From positions 806,001 to 870,000 of the forward strand of contig NIVC01000032.1 of the NCBI GenBank assembly GCA_002269645.1: a DNA stretch of 64,000 bases, written 5' to 3'. The position numbers and the translations under genes were made by a program. Within the stretch, counting starts at the first letter, position 1; each line of letters begins with the position of its first letter. Below the pieces are notes generated by a model. That model had not been told where the DNA came from. It worked only from the letters and a program-made list of their open reading frames with translations, and did not search any database. Positions 23,247 to 33,560 of the stretch are shown here, piece by piece. Source of the stretch: Macrostomum lignano (Eukaryota).

Positions 23247-24730
23247 TCACTCCATTGTCTGCGGTACCCTACTTCGGCCTTGTAGTCGACTGTTTGAATG
23301 TAGGCTTCACCATTTCGTTTATATCGGATCTCGTAGCATTGATCGCTGTCGGAGCTTAGATTTCTTTCTTCCATTCCTTTGTGCCTTCCGTCTTCATGTT
23401 CTTTGTCGGCGGCTTGGTTGTCATCAGCGTCATTCTGCATCTCATAATCGTGATCGCTGCTTTCTTCTTGCTGTTCTTCTTCCATTTCTGCATTTCCGTC
23501 GTTGCTTCTTTCGTTGTCATCCTTCGTTGCCAGTTCTTTGTCGTTGCCTTTGTTTGTTTCTTCTTTTCTTTCATTGATGTCGCTTGGCAATGTTTTTTCT
23601 GTGCTCACTTCTGCCTTTTCTTCTTCGCTGTCAATGTTAGTTTCTTTCATTTCGACCATGCTGATGTTTTTTGTCTTTTCGCTGCTCTCCGCATCGAGCC
23701 AGTCGATTTCATTGATAGTAAAGTCCATTTCTAAGTCGTCTATCGTGAAGACTTGCTGCTCTTGCTGTTCGCTTTCCGGTGTGTACGTGATGGCGTTTGC
23801 ATATCGTTGCATCGCTTGCGTTGGTTGCTTGGGCATGTATCTGGCGTTTCGCGGTCTGTAGCCATTGTTTCCGAAGCGTTTCGTGTTTTGCTGCTGCCAA
23901 TTTTGATGCTGTTGCCATGGTTTTTGCGGCTTCCGTCTGTTGAATGGCTGTCGCGGCATATCATTTCTTGTTGACCGATGAGGACAATTAATTTGGTAGT
24001 GTCCTTCTCGTCCACAGTAATAGCATCTGGCTTGGGCTCGTTCATTTCGTCTTTTTTGTTCGGCGATAACGGCTGTTTGATGTTGCATCAGTTTGTTTAG
24101 TTGCTGTGTCAGTTTCTGCACTTCTGTGTTGCCGGTTGTCATTAGTGGAGCGCTTGCTTCCCACTGCATTCCGCACCGTAAAAGGTCTTCCTCGGTTTCA
24201 ATGTTTTCGCGTAGAAGTCTATCTCGGAGTGACGGCTGTGCATTGTTTATTACGTGCAGAATCAGATTTTGTTCGCGATCCATCAATCGCTGTCGCTCTC
24301 TAGCGGCTAATTCTGCCGCACCCAGAGGTGGTTGGTCTGCAGCTGGCAGTGTTGGCTGATGCAGTGCCTTAATTATCTGACGGATGTCGTCCACAAAGGT
24401 CAGGAAGGATTCGGTTGGCTGCATCCTTCTGTTATGCAACTTGTGCAGTAGCACTGATCTGTTTGTGCCACAGCGGTTGAAATGCGCGCGCAGTTGAATG
24501 ATTAATGCTGGGTAGTTTTGCTGTGTTGCCGCATCTAGTTTACCATAAATCTCTCGTGCAGTGCCTTGGAGGAGTGGTGGCAACAGTTGCGCTTTTTCTG
24601 GATTTTGTAGGTTGTATTCCCTACATACCAGGTCAAAATGATCAACAAAGGTGTTAAAGTCTTTTTCCATAGAAAAGGTGCCAACTGTCTCTTTGATATC
24701 TCTGTGCACCGTTGGATTGCGCCGCGCCAT
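23033..24730 (-). CDS. gag: Gag (capsid, CX2CX4HX4C zinc knuckle, acidic linker)
   Basis: First ATG at 24730 (MARRNP); retrotransposon-gag-like helical region; CYYCGREGHYQINC at 23984-24025; long D/E-rich tail. The frame is open from 24979. Confidence 0.85.
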   Translation of the reverse strand: MARRNPTVHRDIKETVGTFSMEKDFNTFVDHFDLVCREYNLQNPEKAQLLPPLLQGTAREIYGKLDAATQQNYPALIIQLRAHFNRCGTNRSVLLHKLHNRRMQPTESFLTFVDDIRQIIKALHQPTLPAADQPPLGAAELAARERQRLMDREQNLILHVINNAQPSLRDRLLRENIETEEDLLRCGMQWEASAPLMTTGNTEVQKLTQQLNKLMQHQTAVIAEQKRRNERAQARCYYCGREGHYQINCPHRSTRNDMPRQPFNRRKPQKPWQQHQNWQQQNTKRFGNNGYRPRNARYMPKQPTQAMQRYANAITYTPESEQQEQQVFTIDDLEMDFTINEIDWLDAESSEKTKNISMVEMKETNIDSEEEKAEVSTEKTLPSDINERKEETNKGNDKELATKDDNERSNDGNAEMEEEQQEESSDHDYEMQNDADDNQAADKEHEDGRHKGMEERNLSSDSDQCYEIRYKRNGEAYIQTVDYKAEVGYRRQWSDTTTTSEESKEKMMKTTSSGTNRMPCARKRQWNKRKNTMRTQKITNGSRSQCQQRQRQRSENGDSGYSGSS

Positions 24731-25382
24731 GTTGTTGATGGGATAGAACGGTAGCTCTAGGTCTGGGTCGATTTGTAATGGATCTTCCAGTGTGGTGTTT
24801 CTTTCGAAATAAACTTCGGTTGTAACTGATTGTCTCGCGGCGCTTTTGACACCTCGGCTTTCGGCTTTTGGCTGCTTTTTCTGACCTCTTATTCGCTGGC
24901 TGATTTTCGCACTTATGCGGCGTCCCGCAAAGTGTATCTTTAAAGTGCTTGAAGTGCAGCTGCTTATTGCTTTTTTCAAAGGCCTTTCTTGTCTTCGTGA
25001 CGTGCCTTGTCACGTTTTATCAAATTTCGGTTTGTTTTAGCTTTCGTCAAGTGTTTTTAATTTCGGTTTTGTTTTAGTGTGTATTGATTATTTTTCGGTT
25101 TGTTTTCAGTGTACCGGACGTTGTTTTCGGTTTTGTTTAAGGTTTACTCTTGCTCGAGCTCGTTAAAAACAAAAATTTAACACGCGTGCTCAAACGTTAC
25201 TCAAAATTGACAGGTACTCAAGCCTGTATATCTAAACTTTTACTCGAGTTTCAAATCGTACAAAAATCGAAAAGTGTCGAAAAGTGTTACCTCTAACACG
25301 TGCGCGCAAAATTAATGAAGTCGCTCTTTCGTCACTTTACAATAGCTTGGCCAGGCTATTGCTCAAAAGTTTGAGTAGTGCC

Positions 25383-25400
25383 GAGAGGGCGAGATCACCA
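25383..25400 (-). other. Primer-binding site TGGTGATCTCGCCC
   Basis: TGG starts 2 nt inside the 5' LTR boundary and is complementary to a tRNA CCA end; the tRNA is not assigned. Confidence 0.7.
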
Positions 25401-25402
25401 AT

Positions 25403-26477
25403 TGATGTGTTCCTTATTACCAGTCCTCAACTGTAATCAAGGAACAATCACTTCTAGCTCTGTAGCTAGGCAACCCAGTAATCAAATGAAGGTATTCAAT
25501 TACCTTTGAGTCCTTAAATGAGAGCTCTCGTAATAATCCTCGTCCGTAGTATCGCGATCAGTAACTTTCCTTTCCTTCAGGAAGTTTAGGCGCCTGGTAA
25601 CAGTTGATCTGGTCCGTTATCTCCTTTGTCCTCTTGACTTTTTGCCGGCCGGTATCTGTAGTTCGGACCAATAAGAAGCTTCCAAATTAACAATGGGTAC
25701 CCTGCGCCAAACTGCGGTTTAATATAAGCCTACTCCTTCTAGCAGTGCCTCTATGCACTCTAGGTATAGCTCCGGAAACCACTGATAGTCTTCTAAGATC
25801 TATCAGGGGCAGTCCTTCTGGAGACTGCAACCAGTAGAGTCTAAACAGACTCAAGAGTCTCAGCAGACTCAAATAAACTCAAGTCTCAATAGACTTGAGC
25901 GAGACGTCTCAACCAACGGGCGCAAATGAGTAAGGCTTACCGCAAGAACTCGTCCACGACGCGAGTTTCTTCAGGAAGGCTTCACTAGAGCTTCCTCTTC
26001 GGAGCTTCTCTCTCTTGGAGATTTTCTGGCTCCGGGTCCGTTCCGGACCACTTGTATTTATAGGCGTTCAGACCTCTCTCGAGGTCGTACATCACTGTCT
26101 TCGCAAATGTCAAAGGGTCACGATTCGGTGGCTGTCAAGCATGACAGGGTAGAAAGTTGCGCAACTAGTCTACTGTAAAAGCGCATGATTGGTTACCGTA
26201 GCTGGTAGACTTTGATTGGTTCATCCGGGTGCAACCCGAGTGCAAACAAAATGATGACTTGAAGGTGGGGTTTGAATTGACAGTTGTTGGTCGCACGTGA
26301 TTGGGTGATTTCTAAAATTAGCATGCTCGAGGTCTCTCTCTTCCTATTGGTTAGTCCGAATATACTTATAGTTCAAAGCATACCTTTATTCATGCTCTTC
26401 AATTTACTACTAAATAAAATGTGTGAGTAGTACATTAACACTTTTATGTCTTCTTACGGGAGGTAGAACACTCTACA
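25403..26477 (-). repeat. 5' LTR
   Basis: Begins TGTAGAG and ends CACATCA on the minus strand; followed by the PBS. Confidence 0.97.
26055..26062 (-). promoter_or_regulatory. LTR TATA box (TATAAATA) with four upstream CCAAT boxes
   Basis: Plus-strand TATTTATA at 26055 (16449 in the 3' LTR). ATTGG at 16582, 16609, 16694 and 16740 (add 9606 for the 5' LTR). Confidence 0.65.
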
Positions 26478-27657
26478 TCAGATCCCAAGAGTGTCCTCAG
26501 ATCACATTTTGTCCTCAGATCCCAGAGTGTCCTCAGATCCCAGAGTGTCCTCAGATCATAAAGTGTCCTCAGATCCCAGTGTCCTCAGATCACAGAGTGT
26601 CCTCAGATCCCATCGTGTCCTCAGATCACAGTGTCCTCAGATCCCATAGTGTCCTCAGATCCCATAGTGTCCTCAGATCCCAGAGTGTCCTCAGATCCCA
26701 TAGTGTCCTCAGATCACATTTTGTCCTCAGATCCCAAGAGTGTCCTCAGATCACATTTTGTCCTCAGATCCCATAGTGTCCTCAGATCACAGTGTCCTCA
26801 GATCCCATAGTGTCCTCAGATCCCATAGAGTCCTCAGATCCCATAGTGTCCTCAGATCACAGTGTCCTCAGATACCATAGTGTCCTCAGATCCCATAGTG
26901 TCCTCAGATCCCAGAGTGTCCTCAGATCCCATAGTGTCCTCAGATCACATTTTGTCCTCAGATCCCAAGAGTGTCCTCAGATCACATTTTGTCCTCAGAT
27001 CCCATAGTGTCTTCAGATCACAGTGTCTCAGATCCCAGAGTGTCCTCAGATCACATTTTGTCCTCAGATCCCAAGAGTGTCCTCAGATCCCAAGAGTGTC
27101 CTCAGATCCCAAGAGTGTCCTCAGATCCCAAGAGTGTCCTCAGATCCCAGAGTGTCCTCAGATCACATTTTGTCCTCAGATCCCAAGAGTGTCCTCAGAT
27201 CCCAAGAGTGTCCTCAGATCCCAAGAGTGTCCTCAGATCCCAAGAGTGTCCTCAGATCCCAGAGTGTCCTCAGATCACATAGTGTCCTCAGATCACAAAG
27301 TGTCCTCAGATCACAGGGTGTCCTCAGATCCCAGAGTGTCCTCAGATCACATAGTGTCCTCAGATCACAGGGTGTCCTCAGATCACAGGGTGTCCTCAGA
27401 TCCCAGAGTGTCCTCAGATCCCAGAGTGTCCTCAGATCCCAGAATGTCCTCAGATCCCAGAGTGTCCTCAGATCCCAAGAGTGTCCTCAGATCCCAGAGT
27501 GTCCTCAGATCCCATAGTGTCCTCAGATCACAAAGTGTCCTCAGATCACAGGGTGTCCTCAGATCCCAGAGTGTCCTCAGATCACATAGTGTCCTCAGAT
27601 CACAGGGTGTCCTCAGATCACAGGGTGTCCTCAGATCCCAGAGTTTCCTCAGATCCA
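26478..27657. repeat. 18/19-nt minisatellite GTGTCCTCAGATCCCA(A)GA, about 65 copies
   Basis: Direct reading of tandem units. Confidence 0.95.
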
Positions 27658-27753
27658 AAATTGTATTGATACGAATGTAGAATTCTAAATTTTATTTTAC
27701 TGTAACTATTTTTAATATTCCTAAATGCCTTCTCTAATTACGACAAAACACAG

Positions 27754-28095
27754 GTGAACCAAGTGGACATTGCCTACGCTAAAACTGCCAAGCGGATCAA
27801 CATCAGCCGCCTCAAGCGGTCAATGTGGCAATTGCTAGAAACTGACGGCAGTCCCGCCGCTGCTGTCACAGCCATGGAAGTGTGCAGCCAGGACAACTCT
27901 TCAACTCGTCGAAACAGTCAGAAAGAAGACGAAATTGTTGGCAACAACGATGCAAATAATGAGGCATTGTTTAATGGCGAAAGATCATTTGCCAGATTGT
28001 TGCAACAATTGCCGCCGAAAGTTGGCGCAACCACTGCTCAGGATCTGTCTGTGTCTATTGTATTCAGCTGTCTGTTGTACCTGGCTAATGAGAAG
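27754..28095 (+). CDS. NCAPH: NCAPH exon 5 (C-terminal winged-helix region)
   Basis: VNQVDIAYAKTAKRINISRLKRSMWQLL and LSVSIVFSCLLYLANEK motifs; CAG acceptor and GTTAGT donor, both phase 0. Confidence 0.92.
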
Positions 28096-28181
28096 GTTAG
28101 TATTGATTGCATGTTTTTTTCTTCTACTGTAAGTAGTATAAAAACCCAGCTAACAAATAGAAATGTTATTCAATTTGCCAG

Positions 28182-28391
28182 ACCCTGCACCTAACTAGCA
28201 GTGAGAACCTGTCGGACATGAGCATAACACACGGACTGCCAAAACACGAAGTCGATCTCAGAGTGGCTTTAAACCCGCGATTGAAACAACAGCAGCAGCA
28301 ACAACAATCGAGCGAGCAGGCAAAACGCAAGCGTCAGGCCACCATCCAGGAGCTGTGGGGGGCGGACAGCGATGAAGACGAGGATTTGTAA
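28182..28391 (+). CDS. NCAPH: NCAPH terminal exon
   Basis: CAG acceptor ends 28181; TLHLTSSENLSDMSI resembles human NLKLEGTEDLSDVLV; TAA at 28389-28391. Confidence 0.85.
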   Translation, partial: TLHLTSSENLSDMSITHGLPKHEVDLRVALNPRLKQQQQQQQSSEQAKRKRQATIQELWGADSDEDEDL

Positions 28392-28646
28392 TTAAAATGT
28401 AATATTATATCACTGACTATTGTTATTCTATTGTAGTTTTTTTCCAGTTTTTTCTCATTTATTCTGGTGCATGTAGCTGGTATTTTTGCACTATACTCAT
28501 CATTGTATATTTCATAGGGAAGTGTTTTTTTGTATTTATGGGACTGGCATGGAATATATATCTGTTTACCTTGTTTATTGTCTTGTGTTGTTCTGTACAA
28601 TATCTTTTTTGTGTGTATTTCCCTGTCTAACTCTTCAAATTGAGAT

Positions 28647-29548
28647 GGTGAGGTCATTACCAACCCAATGACCATTAGGTGAGGTCATTACCAACCCAAT
28701 GACCATTAGGCGAGGTCATTACCAACCCAATGACAAGTAGGTGAGGTCATTACCAATTAGGTGAGGTCATTACCATCCCAATGACCATTAGGTGAGGTCA
28801 TTACCATCCCTATGACAAGTAGGTGAGGTCATTACCATCCCAATGACCATTAGGCGAGGTCATTACCATCCCAATGACCATTAGGCGAGGTCATTACCAT
28901 CCCAATGACCATTAGGCGAGGTCATTACCATCCCAATGACCATTAGGCGAGGTCATTACCATCCCAATGACCATTAGGTGAGGTCATTACCAACCCAATG
29001 ACCATTAGGCGAGGTCATTACCAACCCAATGACAAGTAGGTGAGGTCATTACCAATTAGGTGAGGTCATTACCATCCCAATGACCATTAGGTGAGGTCAT
29101 TACCATCCCTATGACAAGTAGGTGAGGTCATTACCATCCCAATGACCATTAGGCGAGGTCATTACCATCCCAATGACCATTAGGCGAGGTCATTACCATC
29201 CCAATGACCATTAGGCGAGGTCATTACCATCCCAATGACCATTAGGCGAGGTCATTACCATCCCAATGACCATTAGGCGAGGTCATTACCAACCCAATGA
29301 CCATTAGGTGAGATCATTACCACCCGAATGACCATTAGGTGAGATCATTACCAGCCGAATGACCATTAGGTGAGATCATTACCACCCGAATGACCATTAG
29401 GTAAGGTCATTACCACCCGAATGACCATTAGGCGAGGTCATTACCATCCCAATGACAAGTAGGCGAGGTCATTACCAACCCAATGACAAGTAGGCGAGGT
29501 CATTACCAACCCAATGACAAGTAGGTGAGGTCATTACCAACCCTATGA
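28647..29548. repeat. 31-nt palindromic minisatellite GAGGTCATTACCATCCCAATGACCATTAGG(C/T)
   Basis: Tandem units containing the GGTCATT/AATGACC inverted pair. Confidence 0.95.
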
Positions 29549-30504
29549 CCAGTGGGAGATGATGTCAAACATGTCAAATCGCTTATTATTCTCAAATTTA
29601 GTCAAATTTATGTTTAGGTTTTTGTCAAATTACTTAGTCATAATTTCAGTCTGCAGTTGATAAAAAACTATTTTTATAGTTTAAGTTTTTTGTAACTTTT
29701 TTTCTAATTGCATTTTCAATTACCATTTTCCTACTTTTTTCGTGTAGCTGGTGCTGCAAATATTTTGCTAACTGTATTCAATAATCTTCAAAGTAATCTT
29801 AGTCGAATTTTATTTTGCTCAATTATTATTAAACAGTTTACACGCTAATTTGTAGATACTTTCTTGTGCAAATAAGGCTAATGTATGAATAGTATATATA
29901 CATATTTTATTTTAGTAATTATTATTAGTTTAACTTATCAATTATAAGTTGAAACTTTACCAAATAAAAGTGCTACGAAGTCTCAATGAATTTGCGTTTG
30001 TGTTTCCGGTAAAATCAGTTAATAATTGTTGGTTCATTTTTGTAAATAAATATCCGCTTGAACTGCCTCTGCGCTCTCCTGACCGGCCGGCAAAGTAACC
30101 TTAAATCTAAATCTACCTCGTAAAATAAGATATTTATTGAGCTTCTCGTTTGGAAAATTAAAATTCTATGTTAATATTTTAGTCTACGTACATTCCCTGT
30201 ACCTAAAAAATCATATAAAAATGCATGACACGGCTGCAAGGTTCATTGGCTTTATCTATAATATCGTACACTAAGAATTACAAAATAGATTCTTAAAACC
30301 AATAAGCCGAGCCGTGCCATTTTTAAGACTTTAAAAAAATGAATATTGGATCTGCCTCCTGTCGATAGCAATGACAATTTTTGTGCTGGACATAAATAAG
30401 TAATTCCAATCGCCGTAGTGTATTTTTAGGATAAACCTGCCTTCTAACATGTTCCAGGAAAGGTAGTTTACCTTCCTACTTAAGCAGTCTTTGTTAACAG
30501 CCTT

Positions 30505-30715
30505 AATTAAAGGCCAACCCCCAAGGCACAGTGAAGTGTACATGCCTAACGATAAATAAAGTTAGGGCCGCTGTGCACTCCTGTGTGAGTGTGTGCCTGT
30601 GGTATGACTGCGTTCGTACGTATCCGCGCGCTTGTGTGCCTGCTCAGGGGAGTCGGCATAATGGGCAGAAATGCCTCTCTATGTGCTCTGTCTAATTGAA
30701 AATAAATAAAATTCA
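30505..30715 (+). mobile_element. 5'-truncated SINE family B copy
   Basis: Matches 570-720 (CAGTGAAGTGTACATGCCTAACGATAAA...GCCTGCTCAGGGGAGTCGGC). Confidence 0.75.
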
Positions 30716-30840
30716 TATTTCCGTAAATTTATAGATTATTTTGTCACCTTTCAGATCGTCATCTGATTAAAATTTGAAATCTACACCAGTAGTTAGTTGC
30801 GAGCATTGCAGTTAAGAAAGCAAATATAACTACACTAAAA

Positions 30841-31551
30841 ATGGTTTCAATTGACAGTCTGGTCAAAGGCCTGGACAGGGACGATCTCCGCTATCTAAGC
30901 AGCTATCAAACCAAGCCGTTTCGCCTATTTAAATCCGATTGCCTCGCAAAACTGCCGCCTGACATAATGCCAATTACTAAGCGAAGCGAAGTGAATCGTG
31001 CCAAAATACGTTGGTCCTCAATGAGCATTGAACAGAAGCTATACTATTGTCAGAGAGCTGATTGCTTTCATTCGCGTACTAAATTGACTATTATTAGGCG
31101 GTGCAAATTCCCTGGCCCGCTGGATCTGGCTGCTGGATCTGATGCTACATCAACTGCGAACAAGTGTCAAGCAATTACTCCGAGGATTAAATTGTTGAAA
31201 TCTGTCACCTCGACTGCTGACAACGCTGCGTTGTCGGCTGTCAATGCTAATAATAATAATTTAGTTGTGTCTAACAGTGTCGCATCGAGTTGCGTGCCTA
31301 ACTATTTAAATTATTATTGGTCTCCGACACAAGTTATGTACTTTGGATTGCCGCCACCAATGCTGTTTGATCCTCGACAGCAGGTACCGTTGCTGCACCC
31401 GATGCTGCAGCAGCAGCAGCAGCAACCGACTCCGGCAATGATGGCGGCACAGTCTTACTATCGCGGATTAACAGCTGGACCCACATCAGCTATTGGAGGG
31501 CACCAAATGCTGCCATTTTTTGTCGGAAATAGTGCTAACCAGTCTGGATAG
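30841..31551 (+). CDS. Intronless divergent HMG-box-like protein with Pro/Gln-rich C-terminus (236 aa)
   Basis: KPFRLFKSD...P...SEVNRAKIRWSSMSIEQKLYYCQRA follows the HMG-box pattern (F-x-x-F, P, E, W-x-x-M/L-S-x-E-x-K-x-x-Y-x-x-x-A). Confidence 0.55.
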   Translation: MVSIDSLVKGLDRDDLRYLSSYQTKPFRLFKSDCLAKLPPDIMPITKRSEVNRAKIRWSSMSIEQKLYYCQRADCFHSRTKLTIIRRCKFPGPLDLAAGSDATSTANKCQAITPRIKLLKSVTSTADNAALSAVNANNNNLVVSNSVASSCVPNYLNYYWSPTQVMYFGLPPPMLFDPRQQVPLLHPMLQQQQQQPTPAMMAAQSYYRGLTAGPTSAIGGHQMLPFFVGNSANQSG

Positions 31552-32104
31552 TTTGTTGAAAAGTTTGTCGCTAGTGATGCTTGATCCGTTGATTGAAACC
31601 AAAAATTGCAAAACGGAAAGTTCTTCTTCAAATTATAAGTTTATCGGGCAATTTAATAAATAATAACACAAAATAGCAAGAAGCAGCCGACAAATTTATT
31701 GGTTTTATAATATTTTCAGTAATCACTGCCGAATCTTTTGTACGTGTTTTTAACGAAATCCGTCAGCTTTGTCGAATTTACAAGTTCTGTTTTTTTCAAA
31801 TTTGTTGTTGTGTGTTGGTTCAGCTGTTGTGCAGTTTTTTCTAGCTTTTTTGCTTTTACGAGTATTTACAGATACTAGAAGAGCTGAATAACTCGCCCGT
31901 GATTAATGCTATGAAAAAGCAGAGTGTCTACTCTTTTCAGTAGTTTTTCTGCGTAGTCTCGCTTAAATTTTATTGGCACCTAAAATTTCCTTTCCTTTGG
32001 GATTTGCGGCCTCAGAGCATAATAATGAACAGCAATCATTTAACTCGATGTACAAATGAACATAAGACGGCCGAAACTCAGTCTAGGAGGGAGCAGGTCC
32101 AATC

Positions 32105-32535
32105 TACGAGTAGCTCAGCCAATGAGAGAGCAATAAGGAAGAGAGGGCAAAGTCAGACGGACAAAGCTGAACCTCAACCTAGGGGACAGGCCTAATCTAG
32201 CTCAGCCAATGAGAGAGCAGTAAGGAGAGAGGTCAAAGTCAGACAGACTGAGGAAGCTCAGCCCAGCGGGCAGGCCCAATCTAGCTCAGCCAATGAGAGC
32301 AGTAAGGAGAGACGTTAAAGTCAGACGGACGAAACTCAGCCTAAGGGGGCAGGCCCAATCTGGCTCAGCCAATGAGAGATGACCAAGTTAGACGGACGAA
32401 ACTCAGCCCAGCGAGCAGGCCAATGAGAGAACAGTAGGGAGAGAGGGCAAAGTCAGACGGACGAAGCTCAGCCTAGGGAGCAGGCCCAAGTTAGCTCAGC
32501 CAATGAGAGAGCAGTAGGTAGAGAGGTCAAATTCA
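32105..32535. repeat. About 80-nt degenerate tandem repeat, 6 units, each with (A/G)GCCAATGAG
   Basis: Motif at 32117, 32204, 32288, 32367, 32418 and 32498. Confidence 0.85.
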
Positions 32536-33277
32536 GACCAACTCAAGCGGGCTAGAGTAAAGCCAAACCGTTTATAGGTCTGGCTGGGGGCTAGGGCGTC
32601 ACCTTGCTATGCACACACAGGATTTTGGCTTTTTAAGTTTTCCTGCAAATTTCAGTCTTATGTTTATTTTTAAATAATTTCCAGTCGGATTTAATTTTGC
32701 TAATATTAAATATAATATAAAGACAAAAAACGCTAATTTTGCTACTGAAAAAGAGTAGATAAGCGGAGGTAATTTAGTTAATCTGGTATCTGTGCTTTTA
32801 TCTGAAAACAATTTCCTGCAATTCGCGCGCTCAGTTGTTTTTAATCAATTTTGGCTTCCATCCACCAAAGACGCTTCCATCCTTATTTTGTCCCATTTTT
32901 TCTTGCCATTTTTGGCAGAAATACACTTCGCAATATCATAAAATTAATATTCTTGCTGCTTTTTTCTGTTTTCTTAATAAAAGTAAAATATGAAGTTGCT
33001 AGATTTTGTCTTCAACATTTTTTCGAAAATATTGTAATAGAAATAGCTATATCATCGACATTCCTGTTGGTAACTGTGATAGGGTGATTGGTCAAGGTCG
33101 AACTGATCAATTATATCAAATACAGTACTAACATCTCTGCCCTGCCCTTTACACTATCGAGCCTCTTTAGCGCACAAGAGTTGACAATTGTTTCATAACC
33201 ATTTTCCAAAATTAATAGAGGACAAGGGAACACGTTCCATGTTAGGTTAATTCTGATAGCTTGTAAGAAGGCGTAGA

Positions 33278-33560
33278 GGGGGGTGGCAGCCTAGTGGTTA
33301 GAGCATCGGACTCACGATTTGAAGGTCGGGGGTTCGATTCCCGATCCCACTCGGAACAACTTGCGTCCTTGAGCAAGACACTTAACTCTGCATTGCTTCA
33401 GTTCACTCAGCTGTAAAATGGGTGCCAGCATTAGCTGGGGTAATTGAGGCTGTGTGTGGCGACCCCCCAGTCCTTGGACTGAACAGCCGTACGCGCATCC
33501 TTCGGCTGAGCTGTCGGTTGCACATCTGGCCCAATTGGGGCAGGCATAATCAATTATAAT
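33278..33560 (+). mobile_element. SINE family A, most complete copy
   Basis: tRNA-like head, then GTCCTTGAGCAAGACACTTAAC...CAGCTGTAAAATGGG core, then 3' body. Confidence 0.85.

Larger units (their letters stand above)
15797..26477 (-). mobile_element. Full-length Ty3/Gypsy (Metaviridae-like) LTR retroelement with gB-like env, 10,681 bp
   Basis: Two 1075-bp LTRs with TG...CA termini on the minus strand; TCAG target duplication (15793-15796 and 26478-26481); gag with CCHC knuckle; PR-RT-RH-IN domain order. Confidence 0.97.

Noticed and set aside
18058-24359. Plus-strand ORFs over the retroelement, and 54244-56785 over the protocadherin
   Set aside because: Antisense shadows of real coding sequence, with no independent motifs.
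28647-29548. CRISPR-like palindromic repeats of about 31 nt
   Set aside because: Units are head-to-tail with no unique spacers, there are no cas genes, and the context is eukaryotic.
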